Positions 60,488 to 64,000 of a stretch of DNA of 64,000 nucleotides are shown here, one piece after another; position 1 is the first letter of the stretch; each line of letters opens with the position of its first letter. Location of the stretch: positions 64,001-128,000 of the forward strand of contig CP182352.1 in assembly GCA_048571215.1 (NCBI GenBank). Direction: 5' to 3'. The notes beneath the pieces are model-generated. The model ran no database searches and had not been told where the DNA came from. It worked only from the letters and a program-made list of their open reading frames with translations. The stretch comes from Halarcobacter sp. GTDB lineage: Bacteria; Campylobacterota; Campylobacteria; Campylobacterales; Arcobacteraceae. The translations under genes and the position numbers were made by a program.

Positions 60488-61126
60488 ATGAAGATTCTTG
60501 AGCTAAGTAATGATGAGATAGAATCTTTTAAAAAAATAGGACAAATAAAAAACTTTGATGCAAATGGAATACTTTTTTATGAAAATGATATTGCAGATAA
60601 CTTTTATGTAATTCTTTCAGGGCTAGTCAAAGGTGGAATATTTGAAAATAAAAAAGAGAAAATATTTCACTATTTTTTTCCAAATATGTTAGTTGGAGAA
60701 ATATCATATTTAGAAAAGAGTAACTATCCTTTAAGTGCAATGTTTGTGACTTCAGGAGAAGTAATAGTTGTAAATAAAAACTTATTAAAAAATTCAAATT
60801 TTTCTGAAATACAGCTAAATCAAATTTTCCAAAAAGCGATGATAAGCAAAGTAAGATTTTTGCAAAGAAGTATAAAAACAATCGCTTCTGTAAATATAAA
60901 AGTTAGATGTGCAATATTTTTGTTAGAACATAAAAACTATTTACAATATATTTCTATGAAAGAGATGGGAAGTGTTTTAAACACCACAAGGGAATCGGTT
61001 TCTAGAGCTATTGGATTTTTTATTGAACAAAAAGCTATCAAAAAAGATAAAAATCAAATCAAAATTTTAGATGAAAAGTTTTTAGAAAAATTTGTAAAAA
61101 AACAGGAAAATGATATAACTTTTTAA
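60488..61126 (+). CDS. Crp/Fnr-family transcriptional regulator
   Basis: cNMP-binding fold (LVGEIS...YPLSA); HTH LNTTRESVSRAI. Confidence 0.9.
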   Translation: MKILELSNDEIESFKKIGQIKNFDANGILFYENDIADNFYVILSGLVKGGIFENKKEKIFHYFFPNMLVGEISYLEKSNYPLSAMFVTSGEVIVVNKNLLKNSNFSEIQLNQIFQKAMISKVRFLQRSIKTIASVNIKVRCAIFLLEHKNYLQYISMKEMGSVLNTTRESVSRAIGFFIEQKAIKKDKNQIKILDEKFLEKFVKKQENDITF

Positions 61127-61154
61127 TCTCTTATAATCAAAATAAAAGCAATAA

Positions 61155-61197
61155 GTGTGATAAATATCACACATGGATTTTTTTAAACTGATACAAT
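61155..61197 (+). promoter_or_regulatory. CRP-type box and extended -10 upstream of the MOSC gene
   Basis: TGTGA-taaata-TCACA (61156-61171); TG-a-TACAAT (61189-61197). Confidence 0.8.
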
Positions 61198-61221
61198 TAT
61201 TAAAAAGTTTGGAGTATTTTC

Positions 61222-61923
61222 ATGAATAAAAAAATCGCAGATGTTTTGTATGTAAAAGTGGGAATTGTAACTACTACAAAACTTGAAAATAGTAAACGTC
61301 AAGAGTTAGTTTCTGGGATAAAAAAGTACCCAATAGATAAATCATATCTTACAAAAACAGGTTTTAAAGATGATTTTCAAGCTGATTTAGTTCATCATGG
61401 GGGAGAGAATAAAGCATTATTTCTTTTCTCTTTACTTACTTATGGGAAGATAAATTCCCATTTTGACAACAATTTTGATATGACAAATATGGCTTATTTT
61501 GGTGAAAATCTTATATTATCAGATATTTGTGAAAAAGATGTTTGTGTTGGAGATATCTTAAAGATTGGAGAAACTTTAGTTCAAATAACACAACCAAGAC
61601 AACCTTGTTGGAAATTAAGTGCAAATACAAATAAAAAAAATATGACAAAGTTTATCTTTGATAGTGGTTTTACTGGATGGTATGCAAAAGTTTTAGAAGA
61701 GGGGTTTATTTGTAAAGATGATGAAGTTATTTTAACAGAAAGAAAAAACCCTAATTTGACAATTGAAAAATTAAATCAATTGATGGTAAATCCAATATCT
61801 GATGTAAACATAACATTAGAAGCTTTACGTTGTGAAGATTTAGGAAAACCATTTCTAACATCACTTGAAAAAAGATTTAGACTAAAAGATAAAGATGAAC
61901 AATTCTTACATTATCACATATGA
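61222..61923 (+). CDS. MOSC-domain protein (YiiM-like)
   Basis: DFQADLVHHGGENKA, FGENL, QPRQPCWKL, TGWYAKVL. Confidence 0.92.
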   Translation: MNKKIADVLYVKVGIVTTTKLENSKRQELVSGIKKYPIDKSYLTKTGFKDDFQADLVHHGGENKALFLFSLLTYGKINSHFDNNFDMTNMAYFGENLILSDICEKDVCVGDILKIGETLVQITQPRQPCWKLSANTNKKNMTKFIFDSGFTGWYAKVLEEGFICKDDEVILTERKNPNLTIEKLNQLMVNPISDVNITLEALRCEDLGKPFLTSLEKRFRLKDKDEQFLHYHI

Positions 61924-62004
61924 TGACTAAAACTAAACGATGATTCTTACACTTGCAAATAGTTCAATAGGTGTATTAAATAAAAGAATTATAGATAATT
62001 GCTA

Positions 62005-62062
62005 AAATTCTTGACTATTTAGTCAAGAATTTGTTATACTTTTACTTGACTATATAGTCAAG
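62005..62062 (+). promoter_or_regulatory. Promoter with two palindromic operators TTGACTA-N2-TAGTCAA
   Basis: AAATTCTTGACTA-TT-TAGTCAAGAATTT (62005-62032) and CTTGACTATATAGTCAAG (62045-62062); -35 TTGACT at 62011, -10 TATACT at 62035. Confidence 0.82.
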
Positions 62063-62131
62063 GCATAATCATTAGAAGTTAGATTTTATCTTTTGTTATG
62101 AATTTTGCCAGAAAATTTAAAAGGATAAAAG

Positions 62132-63007
62132 ATGAGTTGGTATATTCAAAAATCAATTTTGTCATTTTTTTTCATGTTTTTATATGGAAGTGGATTTATT
62201 TTTACTCAATATGGTTTGCAAAACTCTTCCCCAATGTCATTTTTAGGAATAAGATTTTTTATGGCATTTTGGATTTTATTAGCCATTGCTTACCTTCTAA
62301 AAGTATCACTTCCAAAAACAAAAAAAGAGTTTTTCCAAATAGCATTTGCAGGAAGTTTGACAGTAGGAACCTTTTCCATAGGTGTTTTTATGTCGATTTT
62401 TTATGGGGTTTCAGGGGCATTAAATGCTTTGATTATATCCTTGCAACCAATTATTGTGACTTTTTTAGCTTTGAAGTTTTTGGATGAAGAGATAAATAAA
62501 AGGGTTTGGTTTGGATTGATTATAGGATTTATTGGGGTATCTTTTGTAGTAGTTTCAAAATTAGATACTTCATTTGATTCTATTTTAGGTGTGTTTTGGT
62601 CTGTTGTGGGATTGTTAGGGCTTAGTTTTGGAAGTTTATATCAAAAGAAGTATTGTACAGGTATGAACCTATACTCAGGTGGTGCAATACAAACCCTAAG
62701 TTCAACGATACTTGTTATTCCATTTTTGTTTTTTGAAGATATTCATATATCATGGAATGGGGAGTTTGTAATTGCCTTACTATATATGGCAGTTGGAGTT
62801 AGTATTGGTGCCTTATCACTTTTGTATGTGATGATAAAAAATGCAGAGGTTTCAAAGGTATCTTCAATCTTTTATTTGGTACCAGTAAGTGCAGCTATTG
62901 TTTCATATCTTTTATTGAATGACAAAATAGAATTTAGTGAAATCATAGGAATAATTACTATAATAATCGCAATAGTATTAATAAATAAAAAGAAAGGAAT
63001 AAAATGA
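62132..63007 (+). CDS. DMT/EamA-family transporter
   Basis: About 10 hydrophobic segments; LQPII, GLIIGFIGV, FYLVPV. Confidence 0.9.
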   Translation: MSWYIQKSILSFFFMFLYGSGFIFTQYGLQNSSPMSFLGIRFFMAFWILLAIAYLLKVSLPKTKKEFFQIAFAGSLTVGTFSIGVFMSIFYGVSGALNALIISLQPIIVTFLALKFLDEEINKRVWFGLIIGFIGVSFVVVSKLDTSFDSILGVFWSVVGLLGLSFGSLYQKKYCTGMNLYSGGAIQTLSSTILVIPFLFFEDIHISWNGEFVIALLYMAVGVSIGALSLLYVMIKNAEVSKVSSIFYLVPVSAAIVSYLLLNDKIEFSEIIGIITIIIAIVLINKKKGIK

Positions 63008-63933
63008 AAATAGTTATTTTAGATAGAGCAACTTTAGGTGAAGATATAAATATAGATGTTTTTAAAGAGTTTGGGGAAGTTGTATCTTATGCTACAACAA
63101 GCGAAGAAGAGTCAAAAGAAAGAGTAAAAGATGCAGATATAGTACTTACAAATAAAGTAGTTTTGAGAAAAGAGCAAATGGATGATTCTGCTATAAAACT
63201 TATTTGTATCACCGCAACGGGAACTGATAATGTAGATTTAGAGTATGCCAAATCTAAAAATATAGAAGTTAAAAACGTGGCTGATTATTCCACTTCAAGT
63301 GTGGTTCAAGTTGCATTTGCGATGATATTTTATTTTGTTCAAAAACTAAACTATTATAAAACTTATGTTGATAATGGAGAGTGGGAAAAATCACCTGTAT
63401 TTACCCATATAGATGAAGTGTTTTATGAGTTGGATAATAAAAGAGTGGGGATTATTGGTTTTGGGAATATTGGAGAAAACTTAGCAAAAAAAGCCCAAGC
63501 TTTTAATTGTGAAGTTGTTTATTATTCAACAAGTGGAAGAAACTCTAATCCAAACTACAAAAGAGTTGAGCTAGATGAGTTATTAGAAAGTTCAGATATC
63601 ATAAGTATCCATTGTCCATTAAATGAGAAGACAAGAAATCTATTGACCTATGAAAATATGAAAAATATAAAAGAGGGAGCGATTCTTTTAAATCTTGGTC
63701 GTGGTGGAATTATAAATGAAGATGATTTAGCCAAAATAATAGATGAAGAAAAGATTTATTGTGGTATTGATGTGGTTTCAAAAGAACCAATTGAGAGTAC
63801 AAATCCTTTATTAAAAGTTGTAAATAAAGATAGATTACTTCTAACTCCACATATTGGTTGGGGTTCAAGTGAAGCTAGAAATAGACTTATAAAAAAAGTG
63901 GTACAAAATATAAAAGATTTTTTAGATAAATAA
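63004..63933 (+). CDS. D-2-hydroxyacid dehydrogenase
   Basis: ATGTDNVD, GIIGFGNIG, IHCPL, NLGRGG, LTPHIGW. Confidence 0.93.
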   Translation: MKIVILDRATLGEDINIDVFKEFGEVVSYATTSEEESKERVKDADIVLTNKVVLRKEQMDDSAIKLICITATGTDNVDLEYAKSKNIEVKNVADYSTSSVVQVAFAMIFYFVQKLNYYKTYVDNGEWEKSPVFTHIDEVFYELDNKRVGIIGFGNIGENLAKKAQAFNCEVVYYSTSGRNSNPNYKRVELDELLESSDIISIHCPLNEKTRNLLTYENMKNIKEGAILLNLGRGGIINEDDLAKIIDEEKIYCGIDVVSKEPIESTNPLLKVVNKDRLLLTPHIGWGSSEARNRLIKKVVQNIKDFLDK

Positions 63934-63942
63934 AGGAAAAAC

Positions 63943-64000
63943 ATGAGTAAAGCATTGATTTTAATAGATATTCAAAATGACTATTTTGAAGGTGGAGCTT
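63943..64000 (+). CDS. Cysteine hydrolase/isochorismatase family protein, truncated by window end
   Basis: AAGGA RBS; MSKALILIDIQNDYFEGGA. Confidence 0.8.
   Translation, partial: MSKALILIDIQNDYFEGGA

Noticed and set aside
1556..63944. Many short ORFs in the track that overlap or run antisense to well-supported genes (e.g. 1581-1877, 6554-6934, 24369-24713, 35696-36067, 47684-48052, 62098-62487)
   Set aside because: Shadow frames of real genes, with no recognisable motifs.

Overview
AT-rich bacterial chromosomal window. Gene content and order (plsX-fabH-rpmF-ndk-fdx-ahpC-rho...murI-dnaX, a Cj0069-family gene, many orphan histidine kinases) point to Campylobacterota, most likely Arcobacteraceae (inference). 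Main blocks: (1) 1-13.1 kb: alcohol-oxidation region with a lipoprotein PQQ alcohol dehydrogenase carrying the lanthanide-type D-x-D motif (PedH-like), a pqqA absent from the ORF track, pqqB-ABM-pqqCDE, a SulP transporter, a frameshifted IS256 element, a FIST-domain two-component pair, aldehyde dehydrogenase and DUF779. (2) 13-36 kb: mostly housekeeping genes. (3) 36.2-43.7 kb: an accessory insert between rho and murI with an ERIC-like element, a ccdAB-type toxin-antitoxin pair, a tightly coupled four-gene operon (multi-winged-helix protein, DUF2791/BrxD-like ATPase, PD-(D/E)XK nuclease, DNA adenine methyltransferase), a small hydrophobic peptide gene and a DNA glycosylase. The four-gene operon is the best candidate for an undescribed defence system. 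(4) murI, dnaX split by a +1 frame change, hemC, and the prpB-prpC-acnD-prpF methylcitrate operon with a divergent HTH gene. (5) thyA-folA, TetR and Crp/Fnr regulators with clear candidate operators. No rRNA, tRNA or CRISPR array was seen. All family calls come from motif recognition by eye, not from database searches.
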